Under the pieces are notes generated by a model. That model was not told where the DNA came from. It saw only the letters and a program-made list of their open reading frames with translations, and ran no database searches. The translations under genes were made by a program, and so were the position numbers. Source: Clostridia bacterium (GTDB taxonomy: Bacteria; Bacillota; Clostridia; UBA1212; UBA1255). Taken from it: a stretch of 64,000 bases of DNA. How positions within the stretch are numbered: position 1 is the stretch's first letter; every line of letters starts with the position of its first letter. Below, piece by piece: positions 10,570 to 21,036 of this stretch. The stretch lies in the NCBI GenBank assembly GCA_017935905.1, contig JAGBGO010000010.1, positions 13,715 through 77,714 on the forward strand. The letters run 5' to 3'.

Positions 10570-10710
10570 TTGCGGATCATATCTTGTTTCGTAGGATGAA
10601 ATAGTTTTTGCAAACGGTAGGATGTAGTTTCATAGTTTCTATAAAATTGCATTTTACCGTCTGCGTCTTTTTTACAAAAGTGAATTCCGTTTGGAGAAAG
10701 GTTAGGATTT

Positions 10711-12678
10711 ATGGCAAAAAGAGAATACGATAATGAAAGTATTACCTCGCTGAAAGGACCGGATCGGGTGCGTCTTCGCCCTGCTGCGATCCTTGGTTCT
10801 GATGGATTGGAAGGCTGTCAGCATACGTTTATTGAAATCTTGGCAAACTCCATTGACGAGGCCCGTGAAGGGTACGGTAAAGTGATTGAAGTCACACGTT
10901 TTAAGGATCAATCCATTCAAATCCGCGACTACGGCCGTGGCTGTCCTTTGGACTACAACGAGAAAGAAGGACGTTACAACTGGGAATTGGTTTACTGCGA
11001 ACTGTACGCCGGCGGTAAATACAACAACAATGAAGGGGAGAACTACGAGTTCAGTTTGGGATTAAACGGTCTGGGCAGTTGTGCTACCCAGTATAGTTCC
11101 GAGTATATGGACGTAACCGTATATAAGGACGGTTTTAAGTATGATTTACACTTTGAGAAAGGTTTTAACGTAGGCGGACTGAAGAAAGAGCCTTGCCAGT
11201 ACAAGCATACGGGAACCATTCAAAAATGGAAGCCGGATTTGGCTGTTTTTACAGACGTGGATATTCCGCTGGAGTTTTTTACCTCCACGTTAAAGAAACA
11301 AGCCGTTGTCAATGCCGGCCTGACCTTCAAACTGTATGATGAAGCCTCCAACGAGCGCTTTGAATATATGTACAAAGAAGGTATTGTGGACTATATGCGG
11401 GAAGTTTCCGCAGGGAAAGAATTTACCGGCATTCAGTTCCATGAAACAGAAACGAAAGGGCGAGATCGCGCAGATCTTCCTGAATATAAACTCAAGATGC
11501 AGGTGGCCTTCTGTTTTAATAATTACGTGAATTTAATGGAGTACTATCATAACTCCAGTTGGCTTTCCAACGGCGGTTCTCCGGACAAAGCGGTGCGTAA
11601 TGCATTTGTGAATGAAATTGATAAATATATTAAAGCCCAGGGCAAATACAATAAAGACGAGAGCAAGATTACGTTTAACGACGTACAGGATTCTTTGATT
11701 GTGGTGACCAACTCTTTCTCCACTATGACCAGCTATGAGAATCAAACCAAGAAAGCCATTACCAATAAGTTCATTCAAGAGGCGATGACGGATTTTATTC
11801 GCCAGCGTTTGGAAGTATATTTCATTGAGAACCGTTTGGAAGCGGACAAGCTCATTGAGCAAGTGCTGATTAACAAGAGAAGCCGTGAGTCTGCGGAGAA
11901 GAGCCGTACGGCCATGAAGAAGAAACTGTCCGGCAATACGGATATGGGAAACCGTGTGAAGAAATTTGTGGATTGCCGTACCAAAGACGTTGCTCGCAGA
12001 GAGCTGTATATCGTAGAGGGTGACTCTGCTTTAGGTTCTGTTAAGCAAGGCAGAGACAGTGAGTTCCAGGCGGTTATGCCGGTTCGGGGTAAGATTTTGA
12101 ACTGCTTGAAGGCGGATTACAAGAAAATTTTTGAAAGCGAAATTATCACGGACTTGGTGAAAGTACTGGGGTGCGGTGTGGAAATTCAAAACAAACATAC
12201 GAAAGATATGTCTTTGTTTGATTTGAAAGCCCTTCGTTGGAACAAGATTGTGATCTGTACCGATGCCGACGTGGACGGATTCCAAATTCGAACACTTATT
12301 TTGGCAATGTTGTACCGCCTGACGCCTACGCTAATTGAAGAAGGCAAAGTATTTATTGCGGAATCTCCCTTATTTGAAATTATTCATAAGGGGAAGTCTT
12401 ATTTTGCGTTCGACGAGAAAGAAAAGGCTCAGATATTAGCGCAGTTAGACGGCAAAGTGACCATTCAGCGGTCCAAAGGTCTTGGTGAAAACGAACCGGA
12501 TATGATGTGGGAAACGACGATGAATCCAAAGACCCGGCGCTTGATCAAGATTATGACGGAAGAAGCGGAGAAAATGGCTACGTACTTTGAAACGCTGTTG
12601 GGCGACGATCTGGAAGCAAGAAAGCGACAAATCCGTGAGAAAGGTCATCTGTATTTGAATGACCTGGATTTGGATTAA
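10711..12678 (+). CDS. Type IIA DNA topoisomerase subunit B (ParE/GyrB family; probably topoisomerase IV)
   Basis: 655 aa with GHKL ATPase, TOPRIM (EGDSA) and a B-subunit tail. It sits directly upstream of the A subunit and is not next to dnaA/dnaN/recF. Confidence 0.8.
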   Translation: MAKREYDNESITSLKGPDRVRLRPAAILGSDGLEGCQHTFIEILANSIDEAREGYGKVIEVTRFKDQSIQIRDYGRGCPLDYNEKEGRYNWELVYCELYAGGKYNNNEGENYEFSLGLNGLGSCATQYSSEYMDVTVYKDGFKYDLHFEKGFNVGGLKKEPCQYKHTGTIQKWKPDLAVFTDVDIPLEFFTSTLKKQAVVNAGLTFKLYDEASNERFEYMYKEGIVDYMREVSAGKEFTGIQFHETETKGRDRADLPEYKLKMQVAFCFNNYVNLMEYYHNSSWLSNGGSPDKAVRNAFVNEIDKYIKAQGKYNKDESKITFNDVQDSLIVVTNSFSTMTSYENQTKKAITNKFIQEAMTDFIRQRLEVYFIENRLEADKLIEQVLINKRSRESAEKSRTAMKKKLSGNTDMGNRVKKFVDCRTKDVARRELYIVEGDSALGSVKQGRDSEFQAVMPVRGKILNCLKADYKKIFESEIITDLVKVLGCGVEIQNKHTKDMSLFDLKALRWNKIVICTDADVDGFQIRTLILAMLYRLTPTLIEEGKVFIAESPLFEIIHKGKSYFAFDEKEKAQILAQLDGKVTIQRSKGLGENEPDMMWETTMNPKTRRLIKIMTEEAEKMATYFETLLGDDLEARKRQIREKGHLYLNDLDLD

Positions 12679-12698
12679 GGAAAGGGAGGACGTTTACA

Positions 12699-14897
12699 AT
12701 GGACAATCAAGAAAATCAAATCCTTTTCCGGGAAGAAAAGATTACAAAGACGCTGGAAGATAACTACATGCCCTATGCCATGAGCGTTATCGTCTCCCGT
12801 GCTATTCCGGAGATTGACGGATTCAAACCGTCCCACCGGAAATTGCTGTACACTATGTACAAGAAGGGACTTTTGAAAGGTGGTCTTACCAAATCCGCCA
12901 ACGTTGTGGGTGAAACTATGAAATTAAACCCCCACGGTGACCAGGCAATTTACGAGACGATGGTTCGTATGACCCGGGGTAACGGTGCACTGCTTCATCC
13001 GTACGTGGAATCTAAGGGTAACTTCGGTAAATCCTATTCCCGCGATATGCAATGTGCGGCTGCACGTTACACGGAAGTAAAGCTTGCGAAGATTTGTGAA
13101 GAATTATTCTCAGATATTGACCGGGATGCGGTTGAATTTGTGGATAACTACGATGGAACCATGAAAGAACCCACTTTGTTCCCGGTTACGTTCCCCACCA
13201 TCTTGGTGAACTCCAACCAAGGTGTAGCCGTAGGTATGGCAACCAATATTTGCAGCTTCAATTTGCGGGAAGTTTGCGATGCTACGTGTGCGTATATCGA
13301 TCACAAAGATGCGGATTTGACCCAATATATTAAAGCGCCGGATTTTTCCACCGGTGGCACGGTCATTTACAACTCCGAGGTTATGCGCTCCATTATTGAA
13401 GAGGGCCGCGGCAGTGTAAAGGTTCGCGGAAAATACCGTTACGACAAGAAGAACAACTGTATTGAAATCTACGAAATTCCGTATACGACTACAAGTGAAG
13501 CCATTATTGATGAAATCATTAAACTGGTTAAAGAAAATAAGATTAAAGACGTCTTGGATATTCGTGATGAAACTGACCGTCAAGGTTTGAAGATTGCAAT
13601 GGACGTTCGCAAGAATATTGATCCGGAAGGGTTGATGAATAAACTCTACAAGATGACGTCTTTGCAAGATAATTTTGCATGTAACTTTAACGTTTTAATC
13701 GACGGCCGTCCCCAGGTGCTTGGTGTTCGCGGCTTGATTCGGGAGTGGCTTCGTTTCCGTATTGAATGTATTAAGCGGGAGTTGGCTTTTGATATTAAGA
13801 ATAAAAGCGATCGATTACACCTTTTGAAAGGTTTAGAGAAGATCTTACTGGATATCGATAAAGCCATTAAGATTATTCGTGAAACAGACAAAGAAGATTT
13901 GGTTATTCCCAACTTGATGTGGGGCTTCGGCATTGATGAAATTCAGGCGAATTTTGTTGCAGAAATCAAATTGAGAAACTTAAATAAAGAGTACATTCTC
14001 AATAAAACTGCGGATATTCAGCGTTTGATAGAAGAAATTGCTGATCTGAAGGATATGCTTCAAAAAGAAAATCGAATTCGCACCCTTATTCGCAAACAAC
14101 TTCGGGAAGTGGAGAAGAAGTACGGTCAAGACCGTTTGACGGATTTGATGCAGGAAGATGAAGTGGTTGTAATCACCAAAGATGAACTCATTGATGATTA
14201 CAATTTGCGTGTGTTTATGACGCAAGAAGGCTATTTTAAGAAAATTCCGCTTACTGCACTTCGTTCTTCTCCGGAGCAGAAGGTGAAAGACGGGGATGCA
14301 ATTGTACAAGAAATCGAGTGGCACAACAAGTCGGATATTATTTTCTTCTCCGACCGTCAAACCGTTTACAAGATGAAACTCTATGAGATGAATGACAGTA
14401 AAGCGGGAAGTTTGGGTGATTTCTTGCCTAACTTGTTAGAAATGGGTGAGGATGAACATATTATCTTTATGACCGTCACCGATAATTACAATGGTGAATT
14501 GCTTTTGGCATTTGAGAATGGTAAGGTTGCCCGTGTGCCTTTCGAGGCGTATGCTACGAAGACCAATCGAAAGAAATTGGTGAATGCTTATTCTGCCGTA
14601 TCGCCTATTGTGGATATTTTACACTTGCCCGTTGCGGCAGACGTAAGTATCCGCAGCTCCAACGATCGGATTATTACCGTAAATTCCGACGTAATTCCTT
14701 TGAAGACCACCAAGAGTACGCAAGGCGTACAGGTTCTTAAATTAAAGAAGGGCTGCACGCTCAAATATATGAAGCGGGCAGAGGGTAGTGGCCTGGCAGA
14801 TCCGGATGCATACCGTACGAAAGTGATTCCGGCACCTGGAAACTTCTTAAAGAAAGCGGACCAAAATACGGTTCAATTAAGTTTGTTAGATGAATAA
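12699..14897 (+). CDS. Type IIA DNA topoisomerase subunit A (ParC/GyrA family; short C-terminal domain)
   Basis: 732 aa. The N-terminal breakage-reunion domain is intact (AMSVIVSRAIPEIDGFKPSHRKLLY with the catalytic-tyrosine region). It is shorter than canonical GyrA. Confidence 0.8.
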   Translation: MDNQENQILFREEKITKTLEDNYMPYAMSVIVSRAIPEIDGFKPSHRKLLYTMYKKGLLKGGLTKSANVVGETMKLNPHGDQAIYETMVRMTRGNGALLHPYVESKGNFGKSYSRDMQCAAARYTEVKLAKICEELFSDIDRDAVEFVDNYDGTMKEPTLFPVTFPTILVNSNQGVAVGMATNICSFNLREVCDATCAYIDHKDADLTQYIKAPDFSTGGTVIYNSEVMRSIIEEGRGSVKVRGKYRYDKKNNCIEIYEIPYTTTSEAIIDEIIKLVKENKIKDVLDIRDETDRQGLKIAMDVRKNIDPEGLMNKLYKMTSLQDNFACNFNVLIDGRPQVLGVRGLIREWLRFRIECIKRELAFDIKNKSDRLHLLKGLEKILLDIDKAIKIIRETDKEDLVIPNLMWGFGIDEIQANFVAEIKLRNLNKEYILNKTADIQRLIEEIADLKDMLQKENRIRTLIRKQLREVEKKYGQDRLTDLMQEDEVVVITKDELIDDYNLRVFMTQEGYFKKIPLTALRSSPEQKVKDGDAIVQEIEWHNKSDIIFFSDRQTVYKMKLYEMNDSKAGSLGDFLPNLLEMGEDEHIIFMTVTDNYNGELLLAFENGKVARVPFEAYATKTNRKKLVNAYSAVSPIVDILHLPVAADVSIRSSNDRIITVNSDVIPLKTTKSTQGVQVLKLKKGCTLKYMKRAEGSGLADPDAYRTKVIPAPGNFLKKADQNTVQLSLLDE

Positions 14898-14924
14898 TAA
14901 ATACATAGATGGAGGCAAATTACT

Positions 14925-16142
14925 ATGACTAAGAAAGATGAATTCATTGTACAATTAAACGATGCAGACAAACAAGTGCGTTTGGATGCACTTCGAGGCT
15001 TGATGGCTATGATTCAAGCGGGAGAAATCGAGGCGCCAGCCCAGGGAAATGACGTAAACAATCATATTCATACCACGTATTCCTTCTCTCCGTATTCACC
15101 TACAAAAGCCGTATGGATGGCTTACAATGCAGGTCTTAAGACGGCCGGTATCATGGACCACGATTCTCTGTCCGGCGCAAGAGAATTTATTGAAGCTGCT
15201 GAAATCGTAGGTATGCTTTCCACAATCGGTGTTGAGTGCCGTGCATCTATGAAGAACACGCCTTTAGGAGACAGAAGAATCAACAATCCGGACCAAAAGG
15301 GTATTGCTTATATGGCACTTCACGGTGTACCTCACCAGAATATTGATGTAGTAGTTGAATTCTTTAAACCATACGTAAAGGCAAGAAATGAACGAAATCG
15401 TAAAATGATCGCCAATATCAATAAATTAATTGCATCTGTTGGTATCGAATTGGATTTTGACAAAGACGTAGTGCCTCTTTCCATGGCCCATGATGGCGGT
15501 TCTATTACAGAGCGTCATTTGTTGTTTGCCCTTTCCAAGAAAATCACGGCACGTTTAGGTAAAGGGGAAGCTGTCCTTAAATTCTTGGAAGAAGATTTGA
15601 AGATTGCCGTTAGCAGCAAGATTCGTACGCTTCTTGCAGATCCCAATAACGACGTTTACGAATACGACCTTTTGGGCGCACTCAAGAGCAACATGGTAGA
15701 AAAGTTCTACGTAGATGCGGACGAAGAGTGTCCGGACGTAAGAGACGTAATCGCTCTGGCAGAGCGTACCGGTGCAATTTCTGCGTACGCATACTTGGGC
15801 GACGTAGGTGATTCCGTAACCGGTGATAAGAAGACACAAAAATTTGAAGATGACTATATTGATCTTTTGTTTGATACGCTGAAAGAATTGAATTATAACG
15901 CAGTTACGTATATGCCTTCCAGAAACACCATGGAGCAACTTCGCCGCGTAAGAGGTCTTTGCGATCAGTACGGCTTCTTCCAGATTAGCGGTGAAGACAT
16001 TAACTCTCCCCGTCAGAAGTTTATCTGTGAAGCACAGCGCAACCCTGAGTTTAAGAATTTGTATGATGCAACCATGGCGTTGATCGCCCATGAGAAAGCT
16101 GCAACAGAAGATATTACAAAGGCTATGTTCTATAAAGGATGA
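14925..16142 (+). CDS. PHP-domain (polymerase/histidinol-phosphatase-like) metal-dependent phosphoesterase
   Basis: Carries the NNHIHTTYSFSPYSP motif characteristic of PHP domains. Confidence 0.55.
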   Translation: MTKKDEFIVQLNDADKQVRLDALRGLMAMIQAGEIEAPAQGNDVNNHIHTTYSFSPYSPTKAVWMAYNAGLKTAGIMDHDSLSGAREFIEAAEIVGMLSTIGVECRASMKNTPLGDRRINNPDQKGIAYMALHGVPHQNIDVVVEFFKPYVKARNERNRKMIANINKLIASVGIELDFDKDVVPLSMAHDGGSITERHLLFALSKKITARLGKGEAVLKFLEEDLKIAVSSKIRTLLADPNNDVYEYDLLGALKSNMVEKFYVDADEECPDVRDVIALAERTGAISAYAYLGDVGDSVTGDKKTQKFEDDYIDLLFDTLKELNYNAVTYMPSRNTMEQLRRVRGLCDQYGFFQISGEDINSPRQKFICEAQRNPEFKNLYDATMALIAHEKAATEDITKAMFYKG

Positions 16143-16146
16143 TTGA

Positions 16147-17535
16147 ATGATGAAAAAATATGACGTAGTGATTATTGGTGGCGGAACAGCAGGTATTTTT
16201 ACCGCTTACGAACTGAACCATCTGAAACCGGAATTGAAGATTGCAATCGTAGAGCAGGGAAACCCTCTTGCTAAGCGTGTTTGTCCGATTGTGGCAGGGA
16301 AAGTCGATCACTGCATCAACTGTAAACATTGTTCCATTATGAATGGCTTTGGAGGTGCCGGTGCCTTTTCCGACGGTAAATTTAATTTTACCACGGAATT
16401 CGGCGGCTGGCTTCAAGATTACATTCCGTCCCATGAAGTCATGGATTTGATTGAGTATGTAGACGGTGTGAATGTGCGTTTTGGCGCTACCTTGGAACGT
16501 TTTTCCACGTTTTCGCCGGAAGCCATGGAACTGGAGAAAGAAGCCCTAAGGCACGATCTTCACTTGCTGAAGGCTCAAGTAAAGCATCTGGGTACAGAGC
16601 GGAATTTGGATATATTGGGTCATATTTATGACTTTTTAGCCCAACGCATTGATATTCTTTGCGATACTACGGTGAGCGACATCGCCTGTTTAGAGAATGG
16701 CACGTATGAATTGTCCATAGACGGAGGAGAAAGTCTTCTCTGTAAGGCGCTTGTTTGTGCGCCGGGACGCTCCGGTGCCGAATGGTTCTCTGCCCAGTGC
16801 AAGAAACTGGGGATTCCCATGATCAACAACCAAGTGGATCTTGGTGTACGGGTGGAACTTCCTGCGCAAGTATTTGAGAAAATCACTGACGTGGTTTATG
16901 AAGCGAAATTGGTGTACAGAACGAAGCAGTACGGAGATCACGTGCGTACGTTCTGTATGAATCCTTACGGCCACGTGGTTATGGAGAACGTGGAAGGATG
17001 CATCACAGTAAACGGACACAGCTACTCGGATCCGGCACTTCGCAGCGACAATACCAACTTTGCACTTCTTGTCAGCAACCGTTTTACAGAGCCTTTCAAT
17101 GAACCGTACCAATACGGCAAACGAATTGCTTCGCTTTCGAATATGCTTGGTGGCGGCGTTTTGGTGCAGCGTTTCGGGGATCTTGTCAAAGGCGTACGTA
17201 CCAATGAACACAGATTGGGAAAAAGTTTTACAAAGCCAACTTTGCATGCGACACCGGGTGATTTGAGCCTTGTCCTGCCAAAACGTCAGTTGGATAATAT
17301 TATTGAGATGATATATGCTTTGGACAAGCTTGCACCGGGTACCGCAAACTATGATACGCTTCTTTACGGCGTTGAAGTTAAATTCTACAGTGCTCGTATT
17401 TCTTTATCTTCCGAGTTGGAGACGGTAAAAAGGAATATGTTTGCCTGCGGAGACGGCGCCGGTGTTACAAGAGGTCTTTCTCAAGCGGCTGCAAGTGGCG
17501 TTCATGTAGCAAGAACGGTGGCAAAACGCTTTTGA
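16147..17535 (+). CDS. FAD-dependent oxidoreductase (COG2509-like, uncharacterised FAD-dependent dehydrogenase)
   Basis: GxGxxG at the N-terminus (VVIIGGGTAG), a Cys cluster CPIVAGKVDHCINCKHC, and a conserved C-terminal domain. Confidence 0.55.
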   Translation: MMKKYDVVIIGGGTAGIFTAYELNHLKPELKIAIVEQGNPLAKRVCPIVAGKVDHCINCKHCSIMNGFGGAGAFSDGKFNFTTEFGGWLQDYIPSHEVMDLIEYVDGVNVRFGATLERFSTFSPEAMELEKEALRHDLHLLKAQVKHLGTERNLDILGHIYDFLAQRIDILCDTTVSDIACLENGTYELSIDGGESLLCKALVCAPGRSGAEWFSAQCKKLGIPMINNQVDLGVRVELPAQVFEKITDVVYEAKLVYRTKQYGDHVRTFCMNPYGHVVMENVEGCITVNGHSYSDPALRSDNTNFALLVSNRFTEPFNEPYQYGKRIASLSNMLGGGVLVQRFGDLVKGVRTNEHRLGKSFTKPTLHATPGDLSLVLPKRQLDNIIEMIYALDKLAPGTANYDTLLYGVEVKFYSARISLSSELETVKRNMFACGDGAGVTRGLSQAAASGVHVARTVAKRF

Positions 17536-17554
17536 AAAGTATGGAAAAATTGTG

Positions 17555-17583
17555 TTGATTTTTCTTCGTTTTGTTTATATAAT
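17555..17583 (+). promoter_or_regulatory. SigA-type promoter for xpt (TTGATT-17-TATAAT)
   Basis: -35 at 17555-17560, a 17-nt spacer, -10 at 17578-17583, about 105 nt upstream of the xpt ATG. Confidence 0.5.
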
Positions 17584-17687
17584 AATTACATTAGTGAAAT
17601 GAGTTCTTCACAAGATACAAAAGATAACGGTTTTCAAATCAAACAAGACTTATATTTCTAAATGTTACAGTAAAGGAATTGAAAGAG

Positions 17688-18260
17688 ATGCAACTGTTGA
17701 AGGATCGTATCGTGAAGGATGGTATTGTGAAAGAAGGAAATGTCTTACGTGTAGACAGTTTCTTAAATCATTGTATGGATATTGAGCTTTTCCAGGAGAT
17801 TGGCAAAGAGTTTCGTCGGATTTACGAAGGAGAAGAAATTACAAAGATATTGACCATTGAAGCCTCCGGTATCGGTATCGCTTGTATTGTTGCTCAATAT
17901 TTTCACGTACCTGTTGTTTTTGCAAAAAAGAACCGCAGTTCAAATTTACCGGATCACGTATACACGAGTCAGGTTCAGTCTTTTACCCACGGAACCACCT
18001 CGTGTATCGTTGTTTCTAAAGATTTTTTAAAGCCGGATGATCGTGTCTTGATCATTGATGATTTTTTAGCCAACGGTTGTGCTTTAGAAGGTCTTGCAGA
18101 GATTATTCAAGAATCCGGTGCAACTTTGGTAGGTGCAGGTATTGTCATTGAGAAAGCCTATCAACGGGGCGGACAAGCACTGCGTGCAAAAGGTATTCGC
18201 GTTGAATCTTTGGCCCGCATCCAGGAAATGAGCCCGGAGAAGGGCGTTGTATTTGCTTGA
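17688..18260 (+). CDS. xpt: Xanthine phosphoribosyltransferase
   Basis: Full-length similarity to Xpt (VDSFLNH motif, PRTase motif VLIIDDFLANG). ATG 17688 is preferred over the TTG at 17679 given in the ORF track. Confidence 0.85.
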   Translation: MQLLKDRIVKDGIVKEGNVLRVDSFLNHCMDIELFQEIGKEFRRIYEGEEITKILTIEASGIGIACIVAQYFHVPVVFAKKNRSSNLPDHVYTSQVQSFTHGTTSCIVVSKDFLKPDDRVLIIDDFLANGCALEGLAEIIQESGATLVGAGIVIEKAYQRGGQALRAKGIRVESLARIQEMSPEKGVVFA

Positions 18261-18315
18261 AAAGAGAACGTGGAGAGTCTCTTTTTGATAAACAATATTT
18301 ATAGGAGGAAGAAAC

Positions 18316-19491
18316 ATGAAGAAAGTATTATCCGTACTTCTTGTAGTGATGTTGGCTGCTTCTTTGTTCGCTTGCGGACCGGTTGAGAAGGAAGACATTA
18401 CTGCAAACCCCATCACAAAAGATGATATTAAGGTGGGTGTTATTCACATTGGCGATCCTGCAGATGGCGCCGGCTATTCTTATGCACACGATCAAGGTAT
18501 CGTTGGTATGCAGAAGAACCTTAGCCTTAAGGACAGCCAAATCGTTCGTAAGAACAACGTAAATGACTCCGATGCAGCAGCAACCAAAACTGCAATTGAA
18601 GAGTGTATTGAAGATGGCTGCAACATTATCTTTGGTACCAGCTGGGGCTACATGGAGACCATGCAAGAGTTGGCAAAGGAATACCCCAACGTAATTTTCT
18701 CTCACGGAACCGGTTACATGAGCGACGGTAACAACTTTAACAACTATTTTGGTCGTATTTACCAAGCAAGATACTTAGCAGGTATCGCTGCAGGTCTTAA
18801 GACAAAGTCTAACAAGATTGGTTACGTTGCAGCTTGGGGTTCTGACAATGCAGAAGTTACCGGTGGCTTAGATGCCTTCGCAAAAGGTATTGCTGCTGTA
18901 AATCCGGACGCTGAAGTATACGTAAAGACCACCGACTCTTGGTTTGATCTGGCTAAAGAAGGCGACGTTGCACAGGCTTTGATTGACCTTGGTTGTGACG
19001 TGATCGGTCAGCACTGTGACACCACGGCTCCTCAGCTCAAGGCAAATGCTGCGAACGTTTGGGGTTGCGGATACAACACCGATATGACTACGGCTGCTCC
19101 TAACGCACACTTGACCGCTCCAATTTGGAATTGGGACGTTTACTATACCTCTGCTGTTCAGGCTGCGATCGATGGCAAATGGGTAGAGTTTGGTAACTAC
19201 TTCGGCGGTCTTAAAGAAGGTTTCGTAGACATCAGCCCGCTTACTGCAAACTGTGCAGAAGGTACTGCTGATATTATTGCAGCCGTTCGTGCATTGATCG
19301 TAAGTGGCGAATTCGAAGTATTTGACGGCAAGCAGATTCAGGTTGCTGAAGACGGCACTGTTTCTGTTGTTGATGAAGCTTTGAAGGATAACAAGGGCAA
19401 TGAGATCGTTGCTGCAGGCGGCGACTGCCTTTCTGATTCCACCATCACCGGTGCAATCAACTGGTACTACGAGAACGTTGTAGAGAAATAA
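18316..19491 (+). CDS. BMP-family (PnrA/Med-like) nucleoside ABC transporter substrate-binding lipoprotein
   Basis: Lipoprotein signal with lipobox LFAC and a BMP-family fold, followed by an ABC ATPase and two permeases. Confidence 0.75.
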   Translation: MKKVLSVLLVVMLAASLFACGPVEKEDITANPITKDDIKVGVIHIGDPADGAGYSYAHDQGIVGMQKNLSLKDSQIVRKNNVNDSDAAATKTAIEECIEDGCNIIFGTSWGYMETMQELAKEYPNVIFSHGTGYMSDGNNFNNYFGRIYQARYLAGIAAGLKTKSNKIGYVAAWGSDNAEVTGGLDAFAKGIAAVNPDAEVYVKTTDSWFDLAKEGDVAQALIDLGCDVIGQHCDTTAPQLKANAANVWGCGYNTDMTTAAPNAHLTAPIWNWDVYYTSAVQAAIDGKWVEFGNYFGGLKEGFVDISPLTANCAEGTADIIAAVRALIVSGEFEVFDGKQIQVAEDGTVSVVDEALKDNKGNEIVAAGGDCLSDSTITGAINWYYENVVEK

Positions 19492-19521
19492 TTCAGATTA
19501 ATTTTGAACGGAGTTTTGGCG

Positions 19522-21036
19522 ATGCAAAAAGAAGCAATCCGACTTACAGGAATAACCAAAACTTTTGGAAGTGTTGTGGCCAACCGGAACGTTCACTTGG
19601 AAGTTCGTCGGGGAGAAATCCTTGCACTTTTAGGTGAAAACGGTTCCGGTAAGACCACCTTGATGAATATGCTGTCGGGAATTTACCGTCCCGACAGCGG
19701 TTCTATTGAAATAAACGGAGTCCCTGTTGTTATTCAGTCTCCGGAAGATTCCAAAAGATTGGGCATTGGTATGATCCATCAGCATTTTAAGCTTGTGGAA
19801 GTTATGTCAGCTGCAGATAATATCCTTTTGGGATCAAATCAAGAAAAGAAAATTCTATCTGCTTCTCGGTTTGAGAAGGTAAAGGCCTTCTGTGAAGAAA
19901 TCGGCATGGAAGTGGACCCGAAGAAGAAAATTTATGATATGGCTGTTTCTGAAAAACAGACGGTAGAAATTATTAAAGTACTTTATCAAGGTGCAGATAT
20001 CTTGATTTTGGACGAGCCTACCGCTGTATTGACTCCCCAAGAAACGGAGCGTCTTTTTGATATTTTACGAAAGATGCGGGAGAAGGGTGCAGCCATTATT
20101 ATCATTACCCATAAATTAAACGAGGTTATGGCGGTCAGCGATCGCGTAACCATTTTACGCAAGGGCGAGAGTGTTGCCACAGTTGAAACGGCCAAAACAA
20201 CCATTAAGGAATTGACGGAATTGATGGTGGGTCACGCTGTTTCCCTTTCTATTGACCGACCGGATAACGATCATACGGGAACCCTCTTAAACGTACATCA
20301 TTTAAGCGTCTGCGATGAACACGGCGTGGAGCGTTTGAAAGACGTTTCTTTCGACTTAAACAGCGGGGAAATATTGGGCGTTGCCGGTGTTGCGGGAAGC
20401 GGTCAGAAAGAGCTTTGCGAGGCGATTGCAGGTCTTTTGCCCATTCATAAGGGTGCAATCCTCTTTAAGAAAGAAAATATCGAAGGCAAGTCGCCCCGTG
20501 AAATCATTAAAATTGGTATCGGTATGAGTTTCATTCCGGAAGATCGATTGGGTATGGGACTTGCGGCATCTTTAAGCATTACCGACAATATGATTCTAAA
20601 GAACTATCACAGGAGCAAAGGTCCTTTGGTAAACCGAAAGAAGGCTGCAAAACAAGCACAATCCGTGGTGGAACGCTATCAGGTTTCTACCCCCAGCATT
20701 CATACGGCGGTGCGGAAACTGTCCGGCGGTAACGTGCAAAAAGTCTTGTTAGGACGTGAGATTGACGCGGCCCCCAGTGTTTTGATTACCGCGTATGCTG
20801 TTCGCGGACTGGATATTCATTCTTCTTATATGATTTACGATGAAATCAATAAGCAAAAACAAAACGGCGTAGGCGTGCTGTTCGTAGGTGAAGATTTGGA
20901 CGTTATGCTGGAATTGTGTGACCGTGTACTGGTTTTGTGCCACGGTGAGATTACCGGTATCGTAGACGCAAAGACGACCACCAAGGAAACGTTAGGCTTG
21001 TTAATGACCGGTGCAGAAGGGGAGGCGAAAGCATGA
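19522..21036 (+). CDS. ABC transporter ATP-binding protein with duplicated ATPase domains
   Basis: Two Walker A sites (GENGSGKTT and GVAGSGQKE) and the LSGG signature. Confidence 0.8.
   Translation: MQKEAIRLTGITKTFGSVVANRNVHLEVRRGEILALLGENGSGKTTLMNMLSGIYRPDSGSIEINGVPVVIQSPEDSKRLGIGMIHQHFKLVEVMSAADNILLGSNQEKKILSASRFEKVKAFCEEIGMEVDPKKKIYDMAVSEKQTVEIIKVLYQGADILILDEPTAVLTPQETERLFDILRKMREKGAAIIIITHKLNEVMAVSDRVTILRKGESVATVETAKTTIKELTELMVGHAVSLSIDRPDNDHTGTLLNVHHLSVCDEHGVERLKDVSFDLNSGEILGVAGVAGSGQKELCEAIAGLLPIHKGAILFKKENIEGKSPREIIKIGIGMSFIPEDRLGMGLAASLSITDNMILKNYHRSKGPLVNRKKAAKQAQSVVERYQVSTPSIHTAVRKLSGGNVQKVLLGREIDAAPSVLITAYAVRGLDIHSSYMIYDEINKQKQNGVGVLFVGEDLDVMLELCDRVLVLCHGEITGIVDAKTTTKETLGLLMTGAEGEAKA

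Noticed and set aside
10570-10710. Terminator after the aldolase/SDR gene
   Set aside because: The candidate stem GCAAACGGTA/TACCGTCTGC has a mismatch and a loop of about 40 nt before the U-run, which is too weak to call.
13110-17247. Several 100-185-aa minus-strand ORFs (13110-13667, 15555-16091, 16690-17247)
   Set aside because: All lie antisense inside strongly supported + strand genes (topoisomerase A, PHP protein, FAD oxidoreductase) and lack an SD. They are treated as frame shadows.
17590-17687. Expected guanine/purine riboswitch in the xpt leader
   Set aside because: I looked for the UAUAAU...GGGA...CCGUAAAUU...GACUA-type aptamer landmarks and found none. The leader is AU-rich without the three-stem junction, so I report only the promoter.
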